NCBI GenBank assembly: GCA_009377505.1
Contig: WHTX01000003.1
Location: forward strand, 1-48,899
Reading direction: 5' to 3'
Length of the DNA stretch: 48,899 nucleotides
Source of the DNA: Acidimicrobiia bacterium
GTDB taxonomy: Bacteria; Actinomycetota; Acidimicrobiia; Acidimicrobiales; CAIXPF01
The translations under genes and the position numbers were made by a program. Position 1 is the stretch's first letter; every line of letters starts with the position of its first letter. The notes under the pieces were generated by a model. The model saw nothing but the letters and a program-made list of their open reading frames with translations. It was not told where the DNA came from and did no database searches. Shown here one piece after another: positions 9,295 through 18,658 of the stretch.

Positions 9295-10149
9295 TCAGTG
9301 CCCGCCCGGTGCCTGGTTGAAGCGCGCCGCCCGCTTCTCCCGATAGGCGAGTGAGCCCTCGCGAGCGTCGGGCAGGTGGTCGGTGATGGCCGTCTTGGCC
9401 GCGATCTCGTCGCAGGCCTGGGTGAAGGACAGCTCGGCCGCGTTGTAGATCGAGCGCTTCAGCATGCGCATGGCCACCTGTGGCCCGGTGGCCAGCTCGG
9501 TCGCCAGCGCCATGGCCCGCGTCGACAGCTCTTCCGGCGGGCAGACCTCGTGCACGAGGCCCAGCTCGAGGGCCTCCTCGCCGCTCACGATCCGCTTGCG
9601 CATGACGAAGTCCATGGCACCGGCCACCCCCAGGTGCTGGACGAGCAGCCATTGGCCGCCCTCGTCGGGGAGCAGGCCGAAGCGCAGCGTGGCCGACCCG
9701 AGCTTCGCCTCCGTCGACGCGATGCGGAAGTCGCAGGCCAGCGCCAGGGAGAGCCCGGTCTGGATGGCGTAGCCGTTGACCGCGGCCACGGTCAGCTTGT
9801 CGAGGTCGCGCACGGAGCGGTTGACGGCCTGGGAGATGTGCCGGAGGGCGTCGTAGGTGCCGATGGCGTCGCCGTGGCCCGGCGGGGCGGCCGGCACCTT
9901 GCGCGGCGCGCGGGAGGGATCGCCGTAGCCGCCTGACATGTCGTCGCCGGCGCAGAAGGCCCGGCCCGTGCCGGTGAAGACGACGACGCGCACGGCATCG
10001 TCGAGCTGGGCCTGGAGCAGCAGCTCGACGAGGTCGCGCTTCATCCCCCCGTTCATGCCGTTCATGCGCTCGGGCTTGTCGAAGGTGACGAGCGCGATCC
10101 CCGGATCCTGCAGCTCGACGTTGAACCCCTGGTACTCACCGGTGTCCAT
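9295..10149 (-). CDS. Enoyl-CoA hydratase/isomerase family protein
   Basis: TGTGRAFCAGDD, AAVNGYA, LACDFRIAS, GLLPDEGG, EALELGLV; start at ATG 10149 after an AGGGGAGG RBS. Confidence 0.92.
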   Translation of the reverse strand: MDTGEYQGFNVELQDPGIALVTFDKPERMNGMNGGMKRDLVELLLQAQLDDAVRVVVFTGTGRAFCAGDDMSGGYGDPSRAPRKVPAAPPGHGDAIGTYDALRHISQAVNRSVRDLDKLTVAAVNGYAIQTGLSLALACDFRIASTEAKLGSATLRFGLLPDEGGQWLLVQHLGVAGAMDFVMRKRIVSGEEALELGLVHEVCPPEELSTRAMALATELATGPQVAMRMLKRSIYNAAELSFTQACDEIAAKTAITDHLPDAREGSLAYREKRAARFNQAPGGH

Positions 10150-10308
10150 GGCGGCGCCTCCCCCTGATGCCGATCTCGGCGTCGTGTCGTGGCGCACGCT
10201 ACCGGCCGGGCTGGCCCGGCACCCGCCCGCCTTCGCCCAGCAGTTCGCCGGTCCCGACGCGACGCTCGCCCAGCCGACCCCGGCCACCGATGCCCTACCG
10301 TGCCCACG

Positions 10309-10832
10309 ATGGCCACCCGCCACATCGTCGTCGTCGGGCTGATGGCGACGGGCAAGTCGACGGTCGGCCGCGCCGTGGCCCAGCACCTGGGGCTGCCCTT
10401 CGTCGACAACGACGAGCTGCTCGAGGCCCGCTGCGGGATGACGGCAGCCGAGATCCAGGAAGCGGGGGGCCGAGTGGAGCTGCACCGGCTCGAGGCCGAG
10501 GTGCTGGGCACGGCGTTGCGGCGGGAGGAGCGCAGCGTGATCACCGCCGCTGCCTCGGTCATCGAAGCCAGCACCGCCCGCCGGGCGCTGCAGGACCACC
10601 TGGTCGTGTGGCTACAGGCCAGCGCCCCGTGCTCATCCGTCGAGTCCAGACCGGAGAGGCAGGAGGCGACGATCACCGCCCTGACCAGGGCCCGGACGTG
10701 GCGCAAGTGCTCGAGGACCACGTTGCCCGGCGCTACCCGCTCTTCGCCGAGGTCGCCGACCTCACGGTCGACACCACGTCGGCCCGCACCGAGCAGGTCG
10801 TCGCCGAGGTGGTCGGCGCCCTCGCCGGCTGA
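10309..10832 (+). CDS. aroK: Shikimate kinase, split by a frameshift near 10625-10630
   Basis: [12 protein letters not shown]-loop and FVDND in one frame; HRP…[15 protein letters not shown] in the adjacent frame; the shift lies at a C run (AGCGCCCCGTG). Confidence 0.85.
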
Positions 10833-10875
10833 CCGTCACCCCGCGGCCCTCACGCCGCTGCCCTCCCGCCGCAGC

Positions 10876-11529
10876 TCAGTCGCTCGCGACGAGCCCCACC
10901 GGGCAGGACACGCCGGTGCCGGCGATGCCGCAATAGCCGTTCGGCACCTTGGCCAGGTACTGCTGGTGGTAATCTTCGGCGTAGTAGAACTCCGGCGCCG
11001 GGCGGATCTCCGAGGTGATCTCGCCGTGGCCGGCACGCCGTAGCGCCCCCTGGAACCTCTCGCGGCTCGCCTCAGCGGCCGCCAGCTGGGCGTCGCTCGT
11101 CGCGTACACCGCCGAGCGGTACTGGGTGCCCATGTCGTTGCCCTGGCGCATGCCCTGGGTGGGGTCGTGCATCTCCCAGAAGACGCTCAGGAGCTGGTCG
11201 TAGCTCACCGCCGCCGGGTCGAACACCACGAGCACGACCTCGGTGTGCCCGGTCCGCCCGGAGCACACCTCCTCGTAGGTGGGATTCGGCGTGAACCCCC
11301 CGGCGTAGCCCGCCGCCGTGCTCCACACCCCCGGCGTCTGCCAGAAGACCCGCTCGGCGCCCCAGAAGCAGCCCACGCCGAAGACGGCGGTCTGGAGGCC
11401 GTCGGGGAAGGGCGCCACCAGGGGGTGGCCGTTGACGAAGTGGGCGACCGGGACCGGGACCGACGTGCCCCGGCCGGGCAGCGCTTCTTCGGCGGTGGGC
11501 ATGGTCGACTTCGACCTGGAGAAGAGCAT
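10876..11529 (-). CDS. msrA: Peptide-methionine (S)-S-oxide reductase
   Basis: [47 protein letters not shown]. Confidence 0.97.
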   Translation of the reverse strand: MLFSRSKSTMPTAEEALPGRGTSVPVPVAHFVNGHPLVAPFPDGLQTAVFGVGCFWGAERVFWQTPGVWSTAAGYAGGFTPNPTYEEVCSGRTGHTEVVLVVFDPAAVSYDQLLSVFWEMHDPTQGMRQGNDMGTQYRSAVYATSDAQLAAAEASRERFQGALRRAGHGEITSEIRPAPEFYYAEDYHQQYLAKVPNGYCGIAGTGVSCPVGLVASD

Positions 11530-11608
11530 GGGGACCTCCGCGGCTCGCCAGCCAGCCTACGCACCCCGGCTGGGCCGTGGCTGGGCTCGAGCGCCGCCTC
11601 TGCAACGC

Positions 11609-12397
11609 TCAGTACAGCGAGCGCGTTCCCTCCACCGGGTCGCCGCCCCGGGCCTGCTGGATGTCCTTGCGCATACCGGCGACGGCCGCCCCGAAATCGC
11701 TCGAGGCCGTCACCATCTGGAAGCCCTGGGCCACGCGCGTCGGGGTCAGGCCGGCGGCGCAGTGGATCCCCGGGGCGATCCCCCGGGCCCGACAGCCCGA
11801 CACGACGGCGGCAATGGCGTCGGCGAACGCCGCCTCGGGGTTGTCGATGCCCGGGGCCAGCCCGTAGGTGATCGACAGGTCGGCGGGGCCGACGTAGACG
11901 GCGTCGATGCCTTCGACGTCGAGGATGGCGTCGAGCTGCTCGACCGCGGTGCTCGTCTCGATCATCGGGATGCACGCCACCTCGGCGTTGGCGTGCTGGA
12001 AGTAGTCAGGGCCCCCGTACAGCGAGGCCCGCAGCGGCCCGAAGGACCTGGACCCCTGGGGCGCGTAGCGGCAGGCGGCGACGGCGGCCCTGGCCTCCTC
12101 GGGCGAGTTGACCATGGGGATGACGACGCCCATGGCCCCGGCGTCGAGCAGCCGGCCGATGATCCCCGGCTCGTTCCAGGGCACCCGCACGACGGGGGTC
12201 GCCGCCGTGGTCGAGATGGCCTGCAACATGGCCACGGCGCGGCTGTAGTCGGCGAGCCCGTGCTGGAGGTCGATGCAGACGTAGTCGTAGCCGGCCTGGG
12301 CGGCCGCCTCGGCCACGACGGTGTCGGGGATGGACAGCCAGATCCCGAGGGCGGGCTCGCCCGCCCGCCACTTGGCCTTCATCGCGTTCGCTCGCAC
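11609..12397 (-). CDS. HpcH/HpaI aldolase family protein
   Basis: GYDYVCIDLQHG, LLDAGAMGVVIPMV, YAPQGSRSFG, MIET, VGPADLS. GTG 12397 preferred; 12403 is possible. Confidence 0.92.
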   Translation of the reverse strand: MRANAMKAKWRAGEPALGIWLSIPDTVVAEAAAQAGYDYVCIDLQHGLADYSRAVAMLQAISTTAATPVVRVPWNEPGIIGRLLDAGAMGVVIPMVNSPEEARAAVAACRYAPQGSRSFGPLRASLYGGPDYFQHANAEVACIPMIETSTAVEQLDAILDVEGIDAVYVGPADLSITYGLAPGIDNPEAAFADAIAAVVSGCRARGIAPGIHCAAGLTPTRVAQGFQMVTASSDFGAAVAGMRKDIQQARGGDPVEGTRSLY

Positions 12398-12447
12398 GTG
12401 CACCCCCAGGAGGACCCTCGCTGACGGGCGCAGCGTAGTGTGCCGCC

Positions 12448-13278
12448 ATGGCGGGCAAGCTCAAGAGGTTGCGGGCGCTCCTGGCCGGCGCCCTGCGCCC
12501 CGAGACGAGCGACGTTGCTGGTGGGGGCGGTCCCGGCCGGCGGGTCAGCGGCGACCCGCCCTCGGGCAACGGCGCCTCCTCCTTCCACCTCTTCTGGGCC
12601 CTGCCCGGGGAGTTCGTGGCCGCCAGGGCCACGATCGAGGTCCTGGCGCCCCCGACGGTCTCACGCCTCTACTTCTGGGCGCTGCAAGGCTCCTTCGTCG
12701 ACCACGGGCGACGTGGCGGCGCCGCCCACCTGGGCCTCCAGTGGCACCCGCAGTACCCCGGGGCGACGGCGGTGAACTGGGGCGGCTACCAGGAGGGCGG
12801 CCCCGAGCTCTTCGGCACCGCCTCGACGCTGCCCGGTGCGCTCGGCAACCCCCACACCCGCGACTACCCGTGGCGGCCCGGGTGGGCGTACCAGCTCAGC
12901 ATCGAGGCGGCCCCCCCGGCGGCCCAGCCCGGGGACGGGCGCACCGCCTGGCGGGGCTCGGTCACCGACCTCGCCAGCGGCGAGCGCACCGTGGTCCGCG
13001 ACCTGATGGCCCGGGGCTCCCGGCTGTCGAGCCTGATGGTGTGGTCCGAGGTGTTCGCCCGGTGCGAGCACCCGAGCGTCGAAGTGCGCTGGTCGGGATT
13101 CGAGGCTCTCACCGAAGAAGGAACGGTCGAGCGCCCTCCGAGCGTCCAGGTCAACTACCAGGACCACGCAGGGGGCGGCTGCGCCAACACCGACTCCGCC
13201 GCCGAGGACGGTTGCGTCCTCCAGCGCACCAACCACCCCCGCCGCCACCACCAGGGCAGTCGCCTGGACCTGCGATGA
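12448..13278 (+). CDS. Hypothetical protein (Trp/Gly-rich, probably beta-sandwich)
   Basis: Coding-like codon usage; TAGTGT -10 6 nt before ATG; motifs YFWALQ, HLGLQWHP, VNWGGY, VWSEVF. Family not recognised. Confidence 0.8.
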   Translation: MAGKLKRLRALLAGALRPETSDVAGGGGPGRRVSGDPPSGNGASSFHLFWALPGEFVAARATIEVLAPPTVSRLYFWALQGSFVDHGRRGGAAHLGLQWHPQYPGATAVNWGGYQEGGPELFGTASTLPGALGNPHTRDYPWRPGWAYQLSIEAAPPAAQPGDGRTAWRGSVTDLASGERTVVRDLMARGSRLSSLMVWSEVFARCEHPSVEVRWSGFEALTEEGTVERPPSVQVNYQDHAGGGCANTDSAAEDGCVLQRTNHPRRHHQGSRLDLR

Positions 13279-13282
13279 CCAG

Positions 13283-13432
13283 GAGCGGGCTGGCAACGAG
13301 CGAAGCGAATGGCCCGAGCGGCCAAGAGCGGGCAAGCAACGAGCGAAGCGAATGGCCCGAGCGGCCAAGAGCGGGCAAGCAACGAGCGAAGCGAATGGCC
13401 CGAGCGGCCAAGAGCGGGCAAGCAACGAGCGA
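13283..13432 (+). repeat. 43-bp tandem repeat, about 3.5 copies (MIRU/VNTR-like)
   Basis: Unit GAGCGGGCAAGCAACGAGCGAAGCGAATGGCCCGAGCGGCCAA starts at 13283 (2 mismatches), 13326 and 13369, plus a partial copy at 13412; no spacers. Confidence 0.95.
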
Positions 13433-13456
13433 GCCCTTCCGGGCTACGGTGCCGCG

Positions 13457-14230
13457 ATGCAGTTCGACACCATCGAGGTCCGGGTGGACGGCGCCCGTGG
13501 CGAGCTCGCCCTGAACCGCCCGGAGAAGCTCAACCCCCTCTCGGGCCACACGCTGTGGGAGATCGAGCAGGCGGCGCGCTGGTTCGACACCCACCCGGAC
13601 CTCAAGGTCGTCGTCGTCTGCGGGCGCGGACGCGCCTTCTCCTCCGGCGCCGACATCAGCGCGTTCGGCTCCGACGGCGACAGCGCCGCCCCGGACGTCC
13701 ACCAGGGATGGCGCATGTCCCGGGCCATGGAAGAGATGCGGGCTGTCAGCGTCGCCCGGCTGCAGGGCTGGTGCATCGGCGGCGGCCTCGTCCTCGCCGC
13801 CGTCTGCGACCTGCGCATCGCCGCCGAGACGGCGCGCTTCTCCATCCCCGAGGTGGAGCTCGGCATCCCCCTTGCCTGGGGCGGGATCCCGCGCCTCGTG
13901 CGCGAGGTGGGCCCGGCGATCACCAAGGAGCTGGTGATGACGTGCCGGGAGTTCTCCCCTCAGGAGGCGGCGGCCGCGGGGTTCCTCAACAACGTCGTGC
14001 CCGAGGCCGAGCTCGACGAGGCGGTCGAGGCGCTCGTGGCCCGCCTGGTGCGCATGCCGCAGATGGCGTTGCTAGCCACGAAGGCCCACACGAACGCGGT
14101 GACCGAGGCGATGGTGGGAACGGGCCGCTCCTGGTCGGACGGCTATGGCCTGGCCGCCGGGAGGGCCGACGCCGAGGGCCGCGAGTCGAACCGGGCCTAC
14201 CTCGACCGGGTCCGCTCCAAGGGGCGCTGA
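13457..14230 (+). CDS. Enoyl-CoA hydratase/isomerase family protein
   Basis: LNRPEKLN, GRAFSSGADI, GWCIGGG, CDLRIA, PEVELG; TACGGT -10 6 nt before ATG. Confidence 0.92.
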   Translation: MQFDTIEVRVDGARGELALNRPEKLNPLSGHTLWEIEQAARWFDTHPDLKVVVVCGRGRAFSSGADISAFGSDGDSAAPDVHQGWRMSRAMEEMRAVSVARLQGWCIGGGLVLAAVCDLRIAAETARFSIPEVELGIPLAWGGIPRLVREVGPAITKELVMTCREFSPQEAAAAGFLNNVVPEAELDEAVEALVARLVRMPQMALLATKAHTNAVTEAMVGTGRSWSDGYGLAAGRADAEGRESNRAYLDRVRSKGR

Positions 14231-14257
14231 GGGTCCCTGTGGCCGGGCCCCGCCGGT

Positions 14258-16231
14258 TCACGCCACCTTGACGGGGACCAGCTGGTCGCAGTCCGGCCAG
14301 CGGGTGACGGCCTCGACGAAGCGGTCCGAGGCCAGGGCGGGCGAGTAGCGGAAGCCCTGGGCCCGCTGGCAGCCCAGCGACCCGAGCACCTCCTCCTGCT
14401 CGGCCGTCTCGACGCCCTCGGCCACGACCTCGAGGCCCAGGCGCCGCCCGAGGGTGAGGACGGTCTCGACCACCGCACGGTGCGTCAGGCTCGAAGCGAT
14501 CGGCCCGACGAAGCTGCGGTCGATCTTCAGCGCGTCGAGGGGCAGCTCGGCCAGCAGGGACAGCGACGAGTAGCCCGTGCCGAAGTCGTCGAGGGCGACG
14601 CGCACGCCGAGCTCTCGCACTGCGCCGAGCACGCTGCGGGCGGCACGCCCGGCGGCCAGGACGGCCGTCTCGGTCACCTCGAGGGACAGCATCGAGGCCG
14701 GGCACGCGGTGTCGTCCAGCAGCTGCTCGACCCGCCCGACCAGCGCCCGGTCGGCGAGCTGGGAGGGCGACACGTTGACCCGCACCGTCAGGTCGGGACG
14801 GACCTCCACCAGGCGGGTCAGCAGGCGGGCGGTGTGGGCGAAGGCGGCCTCGGTGACGTCCTCGACCAGGCTGGCCTCCTCGGCGAGCTCCACGAATGAG
14901 CCCGCCGGCAGCAGGCCGCGGTGCGGGTGCGCCCACCGGGCGAGGGCCTCGGCACCCAGGATCTGGCCGCTGCCGAGCTCGATCTCGGGCTGGAACCAGG
15001 CGAGGACCTCGCCGCGGGCCAGGCCCTCGCGCAGGTCCACCTCGTCGTCGACGCGTCGCCGCAGCGCCGCCCGGAGGTGGCCGTCGAACAGCTCGACGCG
15101 GTCGCGCCCCGCCTGCTTGGCCCGGTAGAGGGCGGCGTCGGCGTGGCGAAGCAGGTCCTCGGCGCAGTCCCCACGCCCGAAGATGGCCAGGCCCACGCTG
15201 ACGGACGCCGGCACCCGTCGCCCCTCGATGTCGTAGACCCCCCTCGCGGCGCGGCGCAGGCGCTCGGCCCGCTCGAGGGCGTCGTGGGCCGAGGCGACGT
15301 CCCGGAGCATGGCGGTGAGCTCGTCACCCCCGTGCCTGGCCAGCAGGTCGGACGGGCCCAGGGCGCGCTGGGCGCGCTCGGCCAGCTCGCAGAGCAGGGC
15401 GTCGCCCGCAGCGTGGCCGAGGGAGTCGTTGAGGACCTTGAAGCGGTCGACGTCGACGAAGAGCACGCCCACCGTGCCCGGGTGCCGCTCGGCCGTGGCC
15501 AGGGCGTCGCCCAGCTCGGCCAGGAAGCGCTCCCGGTTGGCCAGGCCCGTGAGGTGGTCGTGCGTGGCGCGGTGCTCGAGAGAGCGGTTGGCGGCTTCCA
15601 GCCCGGCGTTGGCGGCCCGCAGCTGGTCGGCGAGGCGGGCGTTGTCCTCGGCGAGGCGGTGCGCGCCGACCCAGGTGCGGTTGGCGGTGAGGTGCAGACC
15701 CAACGCCAGGGTGCCCATGAGCACCGCTCCGCCAGCCACCAGGTTGTCGATGCGGTCGCCGCCGGCGTAGGCGAACACCACGAACGAGAGGCTCGGCAGC
15801 ATGAAGGCCAGGAAGAAGCGCGTGCTCGCCGCGTTCACGATCTGGCTGTTGGCGATGGCGCCGAGCAGGAAGCACAGCACCAGCATGGCGATGTCACGGT
15901 GGCCGGGACCGGGGCGGGCGACGACGGTGACCGAGGCCCACGAGCCGGCCATCAGCACCGTCGTGGCCAGCATCGACGCCTCGGCAGCCCGGGTGGCTGC
16001 GCCCCGGGCACGGACCTTGCCCCAGCGCCACGAGCTCAGGGCGTCGGCGACACCGGCCAAGCTGGTGAGCACGGCCCAGGTGAGCACGGTGCCGTGGGGG
16101 ACGACCGGCCACAGCAACAGGGCCACGAGCGCGACCGAGACGGGTAGCGACGCCGCCATGGGGCGCGCCTTGTCGGCTCGCCCGTCGAGACAAGCCAGCC
16201 GGACAGCTTCGCCGGCATCAGCAACGCCCAT
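14258..16231 (-). CDS. Membrane-bound GGDEF-EAL diguanylate cyclase/phosphodiesterase
   Basis: Several hydrophobic N-terminal helices, HDHLTGLANR, DVDRFKVLNDSLGH, GGDEL, AEALARW, DDFGTGYSS, LKIDRSFV, AEGVET; GAGAAGG upstream of ATG 16231. Confidence 0.93.
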   Translation of the reverse strand: MGVADAGEAVRLACLDGRADKARPMAASLPVSVALVALLLWPVVPHGTVLTWAVLTSLAGVADALSSWRWGKVRARGAATRAAEASMLATTVLMAGSWASVTVVARPGPGHRDIAMLVLCFLLGAIANSQIVNAASTRFFLAFMLPSLSFVVFAYAGGDRIDNLVAGGAVLMGTLALGLHLTANRTWVGAHRLAEDNARLADQLRAANAGLEAANRSLEHRATHDHLTGLANRERFLAELGDALATAERHPGTVGVLFVDVDRFKVLNDSLGHAAGDALLCELAERAQRALGPSDLLARHGGDELTAMLRDVASAHDALERAERLRRAARGVYDIEGRRVPASVSVGLAIFGRGDCAEDLLRHADAALYRAKQAGRDRVELFDGHLRAALRRRVDDEVDLREGLARGEVLAWFQPEIELGSGQILGAEALARWAHPHRGLLPAGSFVELAEEASLVEDVTEAAFAHTARLLTRLVEVRPDLTVRVNVSPSQLADRALVGRVEQLLDDTACPASMLSLEVTETAVLAAGRAARSVLGAVRELGVRVALDDFGTGYSSLSLLAELPLDALKIDRSFVGPIASSLTHRAVVETVLTLGRRLGLEVVAEGVETAEQEEVLGSLGCQRAQGFRYSPALASDRFVEAVTRWPDCDQLVPVKVA

Positions 16232-16238
16232 CCTTCTC

Positions 16239-16266
16239 ACATCGGCAACCTGAGGCGGCCAGTTGA
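16239..16266 (-). promoter_or_regulatory. Sigma28 (FliA/WhiG)-type promoter of the GGDEF-EAL gene
   Basis: Minus strand TCAA-N16-GCCGATGT, close to the consensus TAAA-N15/16-GCCGATAA, directly upstream of the start codon. Confidence 0.55.
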
Positions 16267-16372
16267 GCCGAGCACGTCGCCCAGGCGGGCTGGCCACGAC
16301 GACCTCGGCCCGCTGGTGTCGTTCGGGACCGACGAGCGCGCCGCCCGGGGCGAATCGCCCGGTCGTGTCCAG

Positions 16373-16415
16373 CGCGAAGGACCCTCCACCGTGGCGGTGC
16401 AGGATCCTTCGCGGT
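16373..16415. repeat. REP-like imperfect palindrome (copy B)
   Basis: CGCGAAGGA…CACC-GTGGC-GGTG…TCCTTCGCG hairpin; homologous to 8254-8295. Confidence 0.6.
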
Positions 16416-16625
16416 CCGTGCGCGCGGCACCGGGTCGAGCCCGCGAGCCGTGAGCGCGGGAACCGTAGTTGCCGCACCGACGACCACCATCTAGATGACG
16501 ACCCCGATATCGACGACCCCTGGGCAGGCGGTCGCTCGCCGCCGCGGCCCCACCTTCGACGCGGCGCCGCTCGTACCTGGTCGCCCGCGTCGCGAGCCAG
16601 GCCCCCGACCCTAGGCTCCCTGCCG

Positions 16626-17159
16626 GTGGACGTCGCTACCTGGTCGCGCTTCTTCTCGTTGCTCGCGCTCGTCGCGCTGGCCGGGGGCCTCGTGGCCGCG
16701 TCCAGCCTGGTCGTGCGCGCCGCGCCCGCGGCCACGCTGCGCGCCGAGCTCGCCGGGCTGGCGTTGCCCCTCGGGTTCCTCGTGGCGACGGTCGCCACCC
16801 TCGGCAGCCTCTACTACTCCGAGGTCGCCCACTTCACGCCCTGCCGGTTCTGCTGGTACCAGCGCATCGCCATGTACCCCCTCGCCGTCATCCTGGGCAT
16901 CGCCACCTGGTCCCGTGACCTGCGGGTACGGCGCTACGTCATCCCCTTGGCGCTCATCGGGCTGGCGCTGTCCACCTACCACGTGCAGCTCCAGCTCTTC
17001 CCCGAACAGGCCACGGCGTGCGACGTCGAGGCGCCCTGCACCACCAAAGCGGTGGAGGAGTTCGGCTTCGTCACCATCCCCTTCATGGCCGGCGCCGGCT
17101 TCCTCGCCATCGCGGCGATGCTGGCCGCCGCCCGCCCTGCGCCCGAGGAGACCACGTGA
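16626..17159 (+). CDS. dsbB: Disulfide bond formation protein B (DsbB/BdbC-like)
   Basis: GSLYYSEV…PCRFCWYQRIAMYP, second Cys pair (C-DVEAP-C), FVTIPFMA, transmembrane helices; TAGGCT -10 upstream of GTG. Confidence 0.88.
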   Translation: MDVATWSRFFSLLALVALAGGLVAASSLVVRAAPAATLRAELAGLALPLGFLVATVATLGSLYYSEVAHFTPCRFCWYQRIAMYPLAVILGIATWSRDLRVRRYVIPLALIGLALSTYHVQLQLFPEQATACDVEAPCTTKAVEEFGFVTIPFMAGAGFLAIAAMLAAARPAPEETT

Positions 17160-17824
17160 TGGCCCAGAAGTCCAAGCCCACTGCGTCGAGCCAGTCGAGC
17201 CGAGCCCCGGTACTGGTGGCGATCATCGTCGCCCTGATCGCCGCCGCAGCCATCATCGCCGTGGTCTCGAGCCGCGGCGGGGACGACGAGGGCGGGGGCA
17301 CGGACACAGCCGGGTCCATCGTCACGGGCACGGTGACCGTGGAGGGCTCGGCCCTCTCCCCGACCGAGGACTTCGCCGACGACCCAGCGGTTGGCCAGGC
17401 CTTCCCTGTGCTCGGCGGCCAGGCCCTCCTCGACGGCGCGCCGATGGAGATCGCGGCCGACGGGAACCCCAAACTGGTCATCTTCCTCGCCCACTGGTGC
17501 CCCCATTGCCAGGAGGAGGTGCCGAAGATCACGGAGTGGCTGGACGCCAACGGCATGCCCGAAGGGGTCGACCTCTACGCCGTCTCGACCGGCGTGGCCG
17601 AGGAGCGGGACAACTTCCCGCCGGCCTCGTGGCTGCGCTCCGAGCGATGGCAGGTGCCGACCATGGCCGACTCCCCCGACGGCACGGCCGCGGCGGCCGC
17701 GGGGCTCAGCGCCTACCCCTTCTTCGTGGCCGTCGACGCCGATGGCGACGTGGTCGCCCGGGCCTCGGGCGAGCTCTCAGTCGAGCAGCTCGAGGCGCTG
17801 GTCGGCCTCGCCCGCGGCGCCTGA
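17156..17824 (+). CDS. Membrane-anchored thioredoxin-fold thiol:disulfide oxidoreductase (TlpA/DsbE-like)
   Basis: N-terminal TM helix, FLAHWCPHC, cis-Pro loop AYPFFV; GTGA overlap with the dsbB stop. Confidence 0.88.
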   Translation: MMAQKSKPTASSQSSRAPVLVAIIVALIAAAAIIAVVSSRGGDDEGGGTDTAGSIVTGTVTVEGSALSPTEDFADDPAVGQAFPVLGGQALLDGAPMEIAADGNPKLVIFLAHWCPHCQEEVPKITEWLDANGMPEGVDLYAVSTGVAEERDNFPPASWLRSERWQVPTMADSPDGTAAAAAGLSAYPFFVAVDADGDVVARASGELSVEQLEALVGLARGA

Positions 17825-17877
17825 CGTAGCCCTGCGGGTTGTGGCCGCAGCGACGCGGTGGAGTTGACTGTGCCGTC

Positions 17878-18565
17878 ATGAAGCCGTCCGAAGCCGTCCC
17901 CGCAGCCACCACCGTGCTCCTGCGGGACGGGCCTCAGGGCCTCGAGACCCTCATGGTGCGCCGCAGCGCCAACCTCTCCTTCGGCGCCGGCAACTGGGTG
18001 TTCCCCGGCGGTCGCATCGACCCCGAGGACGTCGACCCGGACCGGCCCGAGGACGAGGAGGCGGCGGCCCGCCGGGGGGCGGTGCGCGAGGCCCTCGAGG
18101 AGGCCTCGCTCACCCTCGACCCGGCCGCTGGTGCTGCTGTCACGCTGGTGCCCGCCACCGCAGGCCCCGAAGCGCTTCAACACGTGGTTCTTCGTCGGCG
18201 CCGCGCCGGAGGTGCACGACGTCGAGGTGGACGGCGGGGAGATCGACGACCACCAGTGGATCCGCCCCCTCGACGCCATCCGCCGGCGGGAGGCGGGCGA
18301 GATCGCCTTCATCCCCCCGACCTGGCTCACACTGCACCAGCTCTCCGAGTACCCCAACGTGGCCGACGCCATCGAGGCGGTCGACCACTCGACCCCCCGG
18401 CTGTGGGTGACGCGGCTCGTCAAGGCGTCCGACGGCACGCCGTGCACGGTGTGGGCGCCCGACGCCGCCCACGAGAGCGGCGACCTCGACACCCCCGGGC
18501 CCCGCAACCGCCTGGTGATGGCCGAGGACGGCTGGCGCTACGAGGCCTCCTACCCGGCGACCTAA
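17878..18565 (+). CDS. NUDIX hydrolase, split by a frameshift near 18125
   Basis: AATTVLLRD…VFPGGRIDPED…AVREALEEA (Nudix box), continuing in another frame as SRWCPPPQAPKRFNTWFF…PPTWLTL. Confidence 0.87.
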
Positions 18566-18658
18566 CCCTGATCTTTCATGAGGCTCGCGGCCAGGCCCCT
18601 GACCAGGACGGGGCAACTGGCTGACCAGCTCGAGCGAGCTCGAATGAAAGATTGGGGT
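18565..18658. mobile_element. 94-bp MITE with 15-bp terminal inverted repeats and a TA target duplication (IS630/Tc1-mariner-like target)
   Basis: Left end ACCCTGATCTTTCAT, right end ATGAAAGATTGGGGT (13/15 complementary); TA at 18563-18564 and 18659-18660; the reconstructed empty site is CTAG. Confidence 0.72.

Noticed and set aside
13283-13432. Possible CRISPR array
   Set aside because: Repeats are contiguous with no unique spacers, and no cas genes are present.
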